Position numbers and translations under genes: made by a program
Shown: piece by piece, positions 1 through 13,045 of the stretch
Layout: each line of letters begins with the position of its first letter
Numbering within the stretch: position 1 is the first letter of the stretch
Source of the DNA: Eledone cirrhosa
Lineage: Eukaryota
Assembly (NCBI GenBank): GCA_964016885.1
Contig: OZ024740.1
Span: forward strand, 82,088,001 to 82,152,000
DNA: 64,000 nt
Direction of reading: 5' to 3'
Notes under the pieces: model-generated
What the model was told of the DNA's origin: nothing
The model's input: only the letters and a program-made list of their open reading frames with translations
The model's database searches: none

Positions 1-729
1 CTTGTAAAAATTATCTCCTGTGATTATTCATGTTTATTTATATGTTAATCAATTTCTAGTTATTATAAAATGCTCGGATCTACACGTTACAATCTTAGAG
101 CTTATTTTGCGGGTGATATAGCACCTGTTGGTCTGGCATGACACCAATGATTTTGATTTAGATTAAATTCATTTGATTTATCTTAATTTGGGATATAGAT
201 ATATAAATACGGCTCCTTAATTGTAGAGCTAACTCTGTTGAATGGACTCGACTGCTGTTTCTAGTTGTCGATAACCCTATTCACGCCACTGGGACGAAGC
301 TAGTATGGTGTGTGTAATTCTAGTAAGTATAGCACGTGCTGCTGGCCAGTCGCTGATTTGAACTTGAAGTGTAAACACGCATCGCTGGAATTTCTTCCTT
401 GTTGAAAATCCAAGTCTCCACTTCCGTGGTTTACCATCCGATTAATTGGTGAAATATATTTCTTTAATGGAATATATACAGGGAAGATTAATCATATTAT
501 AAAGTATATATTTTTGAAGTTCTGGTCAACTTTATTTAGTTACCTACCTAGCTATGTGTGGTTACACACTTGTAAAAAATGTCTCCTGTGATTATTCATG
601 TTTATTTATATGTTAATCAATTTCTAGTTATTATAAAACGCTCGGACCTACTCGTTAGAATCTTAGAGCTTATTTTGCGGGTGATATGGCGCATTTTGAT
701 TAAATTCATTTGATTTATCTTAATTTTGG

Positions 730-730
<1 letters not shown>
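1..730 (+). repeat. ~568-bp tandem unit (1.3 copies visible, runs off window start) carrying a hammerhead ribozyme; retrozyme/pLTR-like
   Basis: 1-~190 recurs at 569-~730 (cttgtaaaaa...ctcctgtgattattcatg) and ends in (TA)n; HHR at 393-487. Confidence 0.8.
393..487 (+). ncRNA. Type I hammerhead ribozyme, U3-A8 core variant
   Basis: Stem I tcttccttg/cagggaaga (9 bp); core TTGAAAA 402-408; stem II (t)ccaa/ttgg(t); GAAA 451-454; stem III tatatttc/ggaatata; AUA triplet, predicted cut after 478. Confidence 0.8.
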
Positions 731-784
<54 letters not shown>

Positions 785-785
785 T

Positions 786-856
<71 letters not shown>

Positions 857-940
857 TATGTATATATATATAGGTGTGTGTGTATAATGTATACATATAT
901 ATTTTTTTTTTTTCTGTATATATGTATGTATGTGTGTATG
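730..940. repeat. (TA)n/(TG)n microsatellite, representative of dozens across the window
   Basis: Direct inspection. Confidence 0.98.
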
Positions 941-1596
941 TGCCTGCAGGGTATCCAAAATCCTCCTCCTCGCCAAGTAAACATGGTGAGGTTGCCGGTA
1001 TAGTCGCGACGACCCGACCATGCGACAGGTTGTACTGCGTTACCTGTTACCTATAGCACTCAAGATTGACCCGACATAATGAGGGTGATTTGGGACACCT
1101 GCAGAACAAAAATACAAAATCTGACAACGGGCGGAACACCACATATAAGTCAACGGCCATCCCAAAGGTTGTAAATATGTATATACACATGTACATATGT
1201 ATGTATACGTGTATATGCAGGGGTGGATGTGTATGTATATGCGCGAGGACAGAAATAGTCGGGCTGGACACCCGATCGCGCGGTTAAACCAGTGGGAGTG
1301 AAGGATCCCTAGCCTTAGTCACGGCATTCTTCTAGAAGTGAACTCAGGAAATTGGGATAACTCCGATATAAAACCTGCGGCTCAGTAGTTACCGATGATG
1401 TTGATCTTTTCTTATTTTCGAGTTATAGCTACTGTCGCTCAGAAAGTGGGATTGGCTCAGTGCACAGTCTTCCGCCACTTTAAATAATATCTTCACGCAC
1501 AGGCATTGCACGATAGAATTAATTAATAATTATTAATAATGGTATATCGTGCAACGGCCATACTCGATAACGAGGGGCAGCCGTCATATGTGTATG

Positions 1597-1660
<64 letters not shown>

Positions 1661-2094
1661 TATATATTGAAAGGATAACATATACATATATATAGTATAT
1701 ATATATATATACTATACTTATGTATGCGTGCGTGTATTTATTATTAGCTACTTAGCAACTTCTGATCTCTTAAATAGACCTGTCCTATAATATATATCCG
1801 TAGAGAAAAGGAAATTGAACGGATATTTTATGTAAATCTAATAACAGAGGCACTACTAAATTCGTTATTGCATACTGCTGTATAGATATATTTCGTTCAC
1901 TATCTGATTACCTATTTTAAAAGACGATCATCTTTTTATAATTTTATATGCTCACTGTTGTACCCAAAATGCAGTCACAACCACACATCTAGAAGCACGT
2001 GCACACACACACATCCACACAAACACACACAAACACACACACACACATCCACACAAACACACACAAACACACACATATATATATATATATATAA

Positions 2095-2167
<73 letters not shown>

Positions 2168-2177
2168 AACAAGTAAG

Positions 2178-2270
2178 ACCCCGACGGCTGAGCTCAAGCC
2201 GTTTCGACGGCTAATTCTGTACTGAATGAAAATTTATTCTGGTATTTAAATAGCCGACTTATCAAGGGGT
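2178..2270 (-). ncRNA. Type I hammerhead ribozyme, U3-A8 core variant
   Basis: Minus strand: acccc-TTGATAA-gtcggcta...tagccgtc-GAAA-cggc(ttgagctca)gccg-TC-ggggt; GUC triplet. Confidence 0.82.
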
Positions 2271-3627
2271 AATTCCATATATGGTCAAAGAGATTATCAC
2301 CAGGATTGGTCACCTCACAAGTTAGTAGTAAATCTGTGATGGCAAGTTCGTGGGGGATGGGGTAGCTAAACCTGCCGGTGGGAGAAAAAGGCAGAGGGGG
2401 TGGAGTAGACCCATTCATGCGTTGGTAGTGCCAGCTACAGCTGGGTGTGAGGTCAAAGAGGAAACTGGGGAGGGGGAGGGGGAGGAGGTCGAAACGGTAA
2501 GTAGAACAATGAAAGGTAAAACTATAAAAGGTACTGAGAGAGAAATAAAATAAGCAAAATCTGGTTACTAAGACATAAATCTCTCGCTATTGCTAGGCTA
2601 AAGAAATACATAAATAAATAAATAAACAAATAAGTGAATAAAAGAATAGATAAATAAATTTTAAAAATATATATATATATATATAATGTAGAATAAAAAA
2701 ATAAATAATAATAATAGAAATAAACTAGGTGGGACGGAAATAAAGGGACACTTATACGAGGTATAAGTGCGTGTATCGTACGGTGACGGGTCAACAAAGG
2801 CCAGAATACTAAAGTGACTACCACGAAAATAATAAAGGTTTCTACCCCAATCACAGGGCCAGCAACCACCCAGTGCAAGAAAGTAAACTAGTACGAGAAT
2901 ATAATTCAGGGTCCCGCAAAAAAATACTAGTGCTAACTCTCAGGGTACCGCCACGAAACAAAAAGTCTTATACAAGCTACATGAAAGATCGTACGAAAAG
3001 TAAAGAACGGAAAATTAATACAGGAACACCCCCCCCCCCCAAAAAAAAAGGGAAACAGAAGAAAGAAATACTGGATAAACGAGAAATTAAAGCAAAGATA
3101 CCACTAAGAAATATAGAAGGCACGGAAAAAAGGGACGTATATATGGCACGTATATATATATATATATATACGTTCAGCGCATCGGTAGGGGTTCTCCTAC
3201 ATGGATATAGAGTAGTGGCCGTACTCGAAAACGAGTTGGCAGCCACCATATGTATATATATATATATATATATATATTATTCTTCATTCTTTATATATAT
3301 ATATATAATTCTTCACTCTTTCACCGTATATATATATAGAGAGAGATATCTGTGCGTTGTCATTTTGCAAATATTGAACTTAAAAAAATCTACCCGCACA
3401 GTTTGCTTTTCTTTTAAGCTTCATTATCAGTTATTAAATAATCCATCCGTTAGTTCTTTCTCACGCATTCCTTGAGTACTTCCATATTCGATTTCTTCTG
3501 TGTTTCCTCCTGTTTCTAGTCTTACGTTGTATATTACACCCTCACTTTCTGTATATAAGGAGTCAGCGACCGAGTGTGTGTGTGTGCTATGTCTGATGAT
3601 CCCGTGATTGTGATTGCTCACCATTTA

Positions 3628-3680
<53 letters not shown>

Positions 3681-3690
3681 GATAGATATA

Positions 3691-6335
3691 TTTCTTTATT
3701 AGCCACAGGGGCACAAAAGAAGGGGACAAATACGAAGGGGGAAGTTTACATACAATAAAAACGTGTAAAATGTTATCACAGATGGAATTTAAAAGTTAGT
3801 CGATTTTCCCCAATAGAGGGAGACAGTTTATATGGGTAACACATACCCCCGAAAAAAAATGTGCAACCCTCATCTCCAGGAGTACGAAGAGCTTGTACTC
3901 CTTTCCTCTCCTCCTCCTTTTCCTCAACCTACAGGCTGATATAGAGAGAAGGCCCATTCACTCGGGCCATTCTCGCTACTTTCACCCACCTTTCATAAAA
4001 CTTGCTGGGGTACAGCACCTCTCTCTCCATTCTGATTCTTCTTCCAAAGTGATATTTGAAAAAAAGAATCAGTTGTTGGCCGGAGAGAAAGGTGTCTGAC
4101 CTCAGCCCTTTCAACCTTGTCCACCATACAACCTCTTTCGCCATAGCTATCACACAAAGGAAAACCGCCTCTCCTTCGTTTTTGAAGGAGGGTGGCGGTT
4201 TGATCATGACAATGGATTCGGTGGTCAACTGGATTGGTCCCACCCGCGACAATAGTCGTTCTACATAGCCCCACAGGTCAGTGACGCCCGGGCAGTGTAT
4301 GAATGCGTGCGCGACGGTTTCTTCGTCTCGCACGCACCTCGGACAGATCTTTTTTGCAGGGTCCCTGCCCGGGCGCCCATGTCTGTAGAGCTTGTCTCGA
4401 ACTGGTAGAGCTCCTCGGTAGCACTGCCAGGCCAGGGACTTTTGGAAGTTGTCCATCGGTCCCGGGCGGAAGGTCCTACCGAACAGACTGGCCAGTTCAT
4501 CTTCCTCCACGCCTAGAGTTTCACCGAGCGCATCGTCGCACTTGCTGCGGACCAACCCTCTATAGAATGACGAAGTGGAGTCTCCACTGATCGCCGGGTC
4601 CGCCTGCCAGAGGGCTGTGAGCGCCTGAGCACATTCGATGTGCCAGTCGCCCATTTTCCTCGGTCTCTGCTTGACCCAGGACTGCAGCTCGGTCAGCGAG
4701 ACGAGTCGTGGGAAGGCTCGCCTCACGAACGGGGCCCACACCGGTTGTCCGGTGAGGAATACGTAGAGATGCCGCAGCCTGAGCGCGTGTTTGCGCATCG
4801 TCAACCACGGCATCCCCAGCCCTCCGTTAGAAGGGTGTTGGCAGCAGATGGATCTTCTTACCAAAGGAGCCCGCCTCTTCCAAAGGAATCGGAAGAGGGC
4901 GCGCTCCATTTTGGCGAGCGTTTGGGCTGGACAAGGCACGACGGTCAAGCGGTAGTAGATGGCCGGACGCTATAAAAGTGTTCGCCACCTCCGCTCAACC
5001 TTTCAAGGATAGTTTGCACTCGGCCCACTTCTGGGTGAGTGCAAACACCTTGGCCGTCACTTCGTTCCAGTTCTTCTCCACCTGGAGGTCCGGACCAAAC
5101 CAGACCCCGAGCAGCTTTACCGGTCCTTCCGTCCAGCGTCCGACGACGCCATCGGAAGGCATCGGTCTGCCTCTCCACGATCCGAGTTGCAAACCGATGG
5201 ACTTGCCCCGGTTCAGCTTCGCTCCTGTGAGACTTTCGTATTCCTTTAGTAAGGTGCCGACTTCCTCGATTTGCGAGGCGCTCGACACCATTACTGTCAC
5301 GTCGTCGGCGTAGGCCGACGCCGCTTTCCGCAGTCCCGGTTCCAGAGGGATGCCCTGCAATAGCTCCAGCTTCCGCAGTAGTGGCTCGAGAGTCAGTACG
5401 TACAGAAGGGAGGAGAGAGGGCATCCCTGTCGAATGGATCGCGTAATATGGAACGGCTCCGAGAGGTAACCGTTCACCTTGACCCTTGAGCAGATGTTGC
5501 TGTTGTGCATTGCAGCAATCCAGCCCCTGAACACGGGTCCGAAGCCTGCCGCCTCGAGCAACGCATCCAGGTAACGATGGTCAACCCTATCGAAAGCCTT
5601 AGACTGATCCAAGTTGATCAGGGCCCCACCGAAGCCGGGTTTACACCCTACCCTCTCTATGATGTATCGCATGAGGTGGAGGTTGTCGTGTATGGACCTG
5701 GTCGGGATCGCGCATGTCTGCGCTTCTCCCACCAGGTTCTCGACGACAAGCGCCAGCCTCTTTGCCAACACCTTGGCCAAAATCTGTAACTCTGTGTTTA
5801 GCAGAGTTATGGGCCGGAAGTTGCCTATGTCATCCCCCTTATTCTCGTCCTCCCTGATTAGTGTGACCACGCCCCCGGTTACAGAACTGGGAATTCTCCC
5901 GTTCTGTTGCCAGTTGCAGTAGACCGCTTCCAGGAGACCGGAGAATAAGTCCGGCATTGTTACGTAAAATTCGTAGGGTAGACCGTCGAGACCTGGAGAT
6001 TTGCGTTTGCCGCATTGGCTCAGCGCGTCCCCTATCTCAGTGGCTGAAATCGGCTTTTCGCAGAACTTCGCCTCACTGTCCGAGAGTCGCGGTAGGCCGT
6101 CGAGGTATGGACCGAAATCCATAGCCTCTTCCGGCGCGCCGCTCCCCCCGAACAGTTGAGCAAAGTGCCGCTGAAAAGCCGCACACATCTGCTTCGGCTC
6201 ACGTATCACGCGTCCGTTTTGGTCCTTCAAAGACCGAATCGTGGACTTGTTGCCACTTTTTGCCTCCGTCACTCGGGCCCAGCTAACAGCTTTGGCTCCC
6301 TCGTTTCCCAGAGCACGTATTTTGCTTCTGACTGC
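3691..6335 (-). mobile_element. 5'-truncated Tx1/L1-clade non-LTR retrotransposon (RT + C-terminal Cys-rich domain), disrupted
   Basis: ORFs 4995-6476 (KSPGLDG, FRPITLLN, LDQSKAFDRV, RQGCPLS, YADD) and 3929-4948 (CPRC...H...HC); stop/frameshift at ~4970-4995; 3' AATAAA next to (TA)n; clearly homologous to 56396-59815. Confidence 0.93.
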
Positions 6336-6775
6336 TGCTAGTGATAGTTGCGGCCGGTTTGACCTACCTCCCTCTGCCTCTATCTTTACTTCGGCCCTTG
6401 AAAAAATTGATTCCACTTCATTCACTCTCATCTCAGGAACAGTTTTGGATAGCGCTAGTTCGTAATTTAAATTCAAGAATTTTATATTCTTCGAATGAAA
6501 AGAACCTTCTGACGAGAATCTTTCTTTGCAACGAAGGCCGTATGGTCTCCGTTTATTTTTGGGATTCGAAACCGATCGGTAAAGGTAACTATAGTAGGTA
6601 AAGTCAATTTTTTAAAATTTATTTTAAAACTTTTTCATTATTTGCTAAACCTTGTTTATATATGTTCTAGCTCGTTAATTTATTAACCTGCCATTGAACC
6701 ACATTGGCATTTGGTTGGACAATACATGCGTCCCTTAGCGCCTTGTGCGTGAAGGAACACATATCCTATTATTAT
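6330..6775 (+). repeat. Solo diverged copy of the 483-bp hammerhead repeat
   Basis: Colinear with the unit at 28.4-32.7 kb; ends in (TA)n. Confidence 0.95.
6504..6586 (+). ncRNA. Type I hammerhead ribozyme (483-bp family)
   Basis: acctt-CTGACGA-gaatct...ggattc-GAAA-ccgatcgg-TA-aaggt. Confidence 0.88.
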
Positions 6776-6794
6776 TATATATATATATATATAC

Positions 6795-9700
6795 ATATCT
6801 ATCTAAGGCGGGTAAAATTCCCGAGATCCATGGACGAGTTCTCTCCAGCGGTCTCTGTCCCTCATTATCGCTGCCATATCCTGCATCTCCAACAGACCAG
6901 TGTCTGTCCTTAGGGCATCAACATATGTTAACCTTGGTCTTCCTCTTCTAGTGTGTCCATGTAGGGGCTCCCAAAGGAGCACTGAGTGCAATGTCAACTC
7001 TGGATGTCGGTGAGCATGTCCAGCCAACCTCAGTCTTCTCTGTGTCACTTTTGAGCTGACTTTTGGGATGCTCCCATACAGCTCTGAGTTTTTCATCCTC
7101 AGTGTATACTGATTAATGTTCAGAGCTATTCTCAGCATTCTCGTGTAGCACCCATCCACCATCTGAGTGAGTCTCTTGGTCAGTGTCCAAGTCTCAGACC
7201 CATACAGCAGCACAGACTCCACTACAGCAATGATGAGGCGGATTTTCAGGTCTCTACGAAGGTCTGACTTCCACACCGATCTCAAGCTGTGACACGCCGC
7301 CCAGGCCTTGCTCTTCCTCTCAACCACATCATCTTCCGTATTCCCAATCTTTGCTCCCAAATACAGGAAGTCCTCAACCAATTCCAGCGGCTTCCCGCCT
7401 ACATTAGTGATCCCCTCTGGCTTCTCAACATTCTCTACCAGATATTTTGTTTTAGTCTCATTCATTCTCAGCCCCACACTCATCGACACAGTCTCAACCT
7501 CCCGCATCAAATCCCCTGCATCCTTCACTGTATTTGTCACCAAAACTATGTCGTCGGCAAACTCAGCATCCGATACCTTTTTCGCCCCAACTCTCCTGCT
7601 CTGAGCCGGTGCCACAGTAAAGCCAGAGTCCTGGTGTTTCTCCAGTACAAGGCGCATACAATAGTCCACTACGATGATAAAAAGGTAGGGAGCCAATGTA
7701 TCTCCCTGGAGCACTCCAGCCAGTATCTCAAAGAACTATGTCATCCCATCAGGTGTAATGACTTGGGCTTTGGTGTTGGTGTAGAGCAGTGATATCAGGT
7801 CCACTATCCTCTTGGGGATTCCATAAGCCTGTAAGATCTTCATCAGGCAGTAACGGTCCACAGAATCAAAGGCCTTCCTAAAGTCAATGAAAACCATGAC
7901 CGCAGGAAGGCACTTTGCTCTAGCTCCCTCTAATATCCTCCTCAGCATCAGGATGTGACTGGTGGTTGATCTACCCTCTCTGAAGCCGTTCTGGTTGTCC
8001 CTGAGCTTCTTCTCCATCTCAGGCTGGATCCTGTTAAGAATCATCCTGTTGAGGGTCTTTGCCACAAGTGACGACAGTGAGATCCCCCGGTAGTTGTTGG
8101 TGTTAGAGAGATCTCCCTTCTTTGGCACTGGGACGATGTTACTGATCCTCCACTGATTCCGGGCAACTCCTTTCTCCAGTGCCCCGTTACAGAACCCCAG
8201 GATGATATCATCAAAATCACACCTCTTCATCACCTCTGATGCCACTCCATCCTCTCCATGAGCCTTGCCCTCCTTGATCTTCTTCTTGGCTCTCTGAAGC
8301 TCCTCTCTGGTGAAGGGCTCTGTCTCAACATCCAGTTCCTCAAACAGCCGCCTGATCTCCCCAGTGCTCTGGGCTGTGGAGGGTGGCTCTCCTAGTAGGG
8401 TCCTAAAATGGTCTAGCCATTTCCTCTTCCTATCCTCGGGCCCCGTTCCCTGGATCTGACTCGAACACCTTTTCTTCCTCCCTGTGATCTCGTTGATGAT
8501 CATCCAGCTCTCCTTACATCCAGATCTGTCAACCGCTCTCTCCACACTTCTGATCTTCTCTATCAGTGCCTCCTCTCTGACCTCAGTGTAAGCGGTACAG
8601 AGCTCTTCCCTCATCACCTCCACAGTCTCCATCCTCTTCTCCGAAGGATCAGCATAGAATTGGTCCCTGGCAGCTTTCAGGTGTTCTCTGGCTGCACACA
8701 CTTTTGGGTTTGCAGAGCTGACGTGCTTCCCTTTGTTCTTTTTCCTCGGCACCAGGGTTTCACTTGCTTTCGCCACTGCATTGGTGAAGTGCCCGTACCT
8801 CCTCGTCACACTCTCCTCAGTCCATCCAATCTCTCTCTCCTCTGACTCTCCACACAGAGCACTAAACCTGTTTCTCACTTCCACTGTGAACCTCTCCTGT
8901 AGCTTATCATCTTCCCTAAAAGCTCCCCAGTCATAGATTGTTCTCCGGGGCTGAGCTTTGCTCTTTCTTAAGCTCACGCGGACCTCACTCATAACAAGCC
9001 GGTGGTCACTACCCAGTGTACTGAAATAGCTGTATGGTTCCGTGTTCAGAACACTATTCCGCCACTTTTTCCTCACCAGAATGAAATCAATCTGGGACTT
9101 GGACAGGTGCATATCTGAGATGTAGGTCCACATCTTCCCCAGATTCTTCCTAAACCTTAGGTTGGTCGCCATCAAGTTCGCCTCCAGCAAGGTGTCTCTC
9201 AGTAGTCTTCCATTTCGGTTGGTGTTGGTATGGAAGTACCAGCAAGGATCTTCACTGCCCTCCTTACTCAGATGTGCATTGAAGTCCCCCAAAACAAGCA
9301 GGATATTGTGTGCCTGAGTGGTGTTGACAGCTCTACACACCTCCTCATGGAACTCCTCCGCATTCACATCACTGTCCCCCTCGGTTGGACTATAGGCTGA
9401 GATGACTCTCAGTCTTGGGTTTCCATTGAAGGTCACCCTCAACACTCGCGGGGAGATAGGCATTATTTCCCTCACCAACAGATTGGTTTTTGCACTGAAC
9501 ACAAAACCCACTCCTCCTACTGCAGCGTTTGTTGTGTTCTTCACTGCCGATGTAGTGATGAGCTGGCTCTTCCTCCCGATCATCACACTCCTCACGGGCT
9601 CATCGTGTAGAATCCTGTGTTCTTGGATCGCAAGTATCTGTATACCACTCTCCTCGAACAGATGTCCCAACTCCTCTCTCTTCTCCAGCGTTCGAATAGT

Positions 9701-10112
9701 CCTCACATTCAAAGTGCCCATTTTGATGGCTCTTCTGCAGGACAAAACTGCATTCTTTATATTTGTCTCAGAGACAGCTGATCCATCATCCACTGGCCCT
9801 CTCTGTGGCTCTAAGCCAGCAGAGTCATAACGACCAGGCTGATCCTTGACAGTGTAATTAGGGGCTCTAACCCTAGTGCTGTTAGATCGACTCTCCATAT
9901 TTCTTTTCAATGGCTGACAATACCTTTCCGGCGCCACTCGAGTAAGGTAGTTATTTAACCCATAACTGGAGCCCTAACAGGTACTACCACCCCGGGCCAG
10001 GGCAGACCTGGGAGTCATGACAACTAAGGGGTAACTCCACATTCCCCACATCTCCTGAACTCCCGAACTGGAGCCTTGCCACTGGATGTAGTTTAATGTC
10101 ATACCCAGGACA
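6795..10112 (-). mobile_element. Near full-length RTE-like LINE, single APE-RT ORF with one frameshift
   Basis: 7736-9937: TLNVRT, IQEHR, YSPT, GDFNA, QIDF, SDH (APE) then RT NYRGISL, QNGFREGRST, FIDFRKAFDS; 6803-7714: QGDTLAPYLF, FADD, FLYLG; frameshift ~7735; ~170-bp 5' UTR. Confidence 0.93.
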
Positions 10113-10136
10113 TATATACATATATAAATATATTAT

Positions 10137-10280
10137 TGTGTCATTTCTCTGTTGACTGCTGCTGACATGATCCTCGGACGCATCATATTGGATAGTCTGT
10201 TCAAACTGACAGAAACATTTTTCCTGAATGCCAATGTGCTTTTCGATTCTTCAGAGGTACACATGACATGGTCTTCCACG
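10137..10280 (+). pseudogene. Short RTE/BovB-type RT relic
   Basis: Manual translation resembles ISLL...ILGRIILD...FPECQCAFR..RGTHDMVF. Confidence 0.6.
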
Positions 10281-10600
10281 AGTTATACTCTGGTATCATA
10301 GTGGTAGCATCTGCTAAAGCTTAGATGATAGATTCTTGTTCTCTCATATATTTTCTCCCCATGGCAAAGTCATTGTCAATAGGGTGTGAATTACAATATG
10401 AACAGGGCAAAAACTTTGAAGCTGGTCTTCAAAACGGCAGAACTATACAACAAAGCATTTCGACGTTATATAATGTATGTGAATGTTGCCAAGATAAAGC
10501 TCTAATCCAGCTTAGACACGCATAATTATGGCACATGTAGAGGTGCATTTTGTGAACCTCTTAGTGTAAACTCTCGGTCAGTTTCCCTATATTAAAGTCA

Positions 10601-11600
10601 CTAGCTGACGTACCCAGCTTCGCCCGGGTAAACCGATGATAAGAGAAGGCAGGTAAAAGTGAAAATGACTGTATTGGGTGTTTGTCTGATTACAGTATGA
10701 GGCGAGTCCGTGGTGTCTGGGTGATACAAAAAACAGTAAAAAAAATCTTCCAGATATATCAAATTCTTCGTTTGTGCATAGTATATGAACAATTCTAGGT
10801 GCTCTCACCTAGAATAGTGACCTCTAGGAGATGGTTCATGTTCTGCCTGACTGATTGCATAGACGTGGTTGTTCCACGTTTCTCAAAAGGATGATGGAAG
10901 TTCCAATCTTTTATAATATATGTAATGTAGCTATAGATAATTAATATAAAAGATGATGCTCAGCCAGTTCATTTTCAACCATCGCAGCACGCTGTCGCTG
11001 CTTGGCTCCAGTGTTTTGTTGGCGTTGTTCAGCCAGCTCCTCTTCATTCATGGCGGCAGGTCTTCGCCTCTGAAGTTCGGCGTTCCTATGGCGCTGTTCG
11101 GCCCGTTTTTCTTCCTTCCTGGTTGCACGCCGTCGCTGCCGTAGTTCATTGTTTGATAAAGTCGAATTGCTTTTATTATCAGTGTTCATTTCGAGCAATT
11201 GTCAAACAATGACACAATAATAAACATAACAGATGTCCGTCAATGTAAAAAAAGGTCCCTATTTACTGCCCTCACATCTCTGTGTATGTTAGACTGACAG
11301 ACAGGCACACAGTCGATTGTGGAACGCCGCACATGCACACACATACTCGCATGGAAATGCGCACACCCACGCAAACTTACACACGCATCCGTGCACTTAC
11401 ACACACGCACACACTCACACATGTCGATAGTTTTTACTTTCTGTGGAACGCTGCCCGCACGCACACACACATAAACATACGCGCACGTACATACACACGC
11501 ACACATGTTAATAGTTATTGCTTTCCTTCCCCTCTTATATCCACACACACATCACACACATGTCTCTACACTGACACATATACTTAGTGTATCCAACACA
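10601..11600 (-). mobile_element. Internally deleted Helitron (5' boundary uncertain)
   Basis: Minus-strand 3' end cccgggcgaagctggg hairpin + CTAG at 10602-10605; helicase relic KIGTSIILLRNVEQPRLCN at ~10855-10910; R/E/Q-rich RepHel N-terminal-like ORF 10941-11198. Confidence 0.75.
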
Positions 11601-12827
11601 GTGTTCACTCTGCCTCTCTGTTTCTTACTCTCCCATCTCACTCCCTCATTGGCATTATGCATATTAATTTAAGTTTGTCGCCGTTGAGGTGGGTGGAGTC
11701 GTTTGAAACCTATGAACCAAGGATAATCGAGAATTATGACACAAGGAATACTGACATTGTTGAAATTAATATATATATTTTGTCAAACAAAATGCGCAGG
11801 CCAAAAGCAAATCAATATCACAAATATTGCATATAACATTCTTGTACATCAAGACTTTGACATTAACAGATCAATCCTTTAAATGAATGTCAAGGATTTC
11901 AAAGCAGTGTTACTCTCAACTATGCTTTACGATTGTGATACTCTGTTTACGACCATTAGAACGATCCAAGCGAATGAAACGGGGGCTAGGCATCCCCTAC
12001 TTTATTTGGAAAGATCATATTGCAAACATTAAGATCCTCCTCAAAACGTTTCTGTACAGCATTGAATACACGATACAACGCACTCCAGTGAATTTAGCAG
12101 GGTATAGACCCAAAACGCCTCCTACAATTTAACCGAAGACAACCGTCGTTGGAGGTCATGCTAATGACGAAAGCTTGCTGTAGACCATGGTCATCCCAGA
12201 TAGATTTTGTGTGTTTGCGTGTGTATGTGTGTATGTATGTGTGTGTCTCTGTGTGTGTGTGTGGAAATCATTTCCACAAAATCAACAATTCGTATGACCA
12301 AGACATAGATTCTGAGGGAATGCAAAGTGATTTGCTTATTAAAAAATGAAATGTTTCATTTTATTTAAATGTATATAATAAATATGTGCATCAATTTCAC
12401 AACGGAATCTAAGAAATGTACTTAATCATTTCAATAAACCAACTCTGTGTCTCTTAAGTCAGGATTTCCTGGTAAGTTTGCCTCATTAATATCCTAGTTA
12501 ATTATGATTAATATAAATAAATTACAGGCTGCAATTAGGTTTTGTCTTAGTTTAATGCTCTTCGAGGTGATCAGAGACAGTCTTGGCATGCGTGTTTCCA
12601 AAGTACATACGATTTTCCAGTATTTTTGATCATTTAAAGGTACGCTATATGTATGGATCCACACACATTACTTTTCGTACCAATCAATCTAAAGTAAATC
12701 CACCTTAGCATTATATTATTGCTAAATAGACTTAAATTCGGTAAAGGGATATGTGTATACTTTTGTATAGAAAATGCAAATATACTACAATCTCTTTGTT
12801 TATATTATTTTGATATAATATCAAAAC

Positions 12828-13045
12828 ATGGTTTCTAATTTAGGCACGAGGCCAACAATGTTTGAGGAGGGTAGAGTCATTTAAATCGAATCCAGTGCAT
12901 TACTGGTACTTTATTTTATCGATCCTGCAAGGATTACAGGCAAAGTTAACCTCGGCGGGATTTGAATTCAGAATGTAAATGGCGGTAACTGTATGCCTCA
13001 AAGCATGTTGTCCGACTCTCTACAAACACTGCCAATGCACCGCCG
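12828..13045 (-). mobile_element. tRNA-derived SINE (resembles an abundant octopus family)
   Basis: Minus strand ggcggtgcattggcag (A-box-like)...gaattcaaatccc (B-box-like), then gccgaggttaactttgcc...gataaaataaagtaccagt; degenerate second copy ~15345-15450. Confidence 0.7.

Noticed and set aside
245-305. Minus-strand GAAAC...GTC half-hammerhead
   Set aside because: No CUGANGA/UUGANAA partner; the real motif in this unit is at 393-487 on the plus strand
617-2197. [12 protein letters not shown] ORFs here and throughout the window
   Set aside because: Translations of dinucleotide microsatellites
3590-3630. CTGATGA as hammerhead core
   Set aside because: No downstream GAAA or stems
9945-9985. 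Pistol-ribozyme-like words (ttagggc...ttaaata) on the minus strand
   Set aside because: Required P1 stem and nearby pseudoknot partner not found
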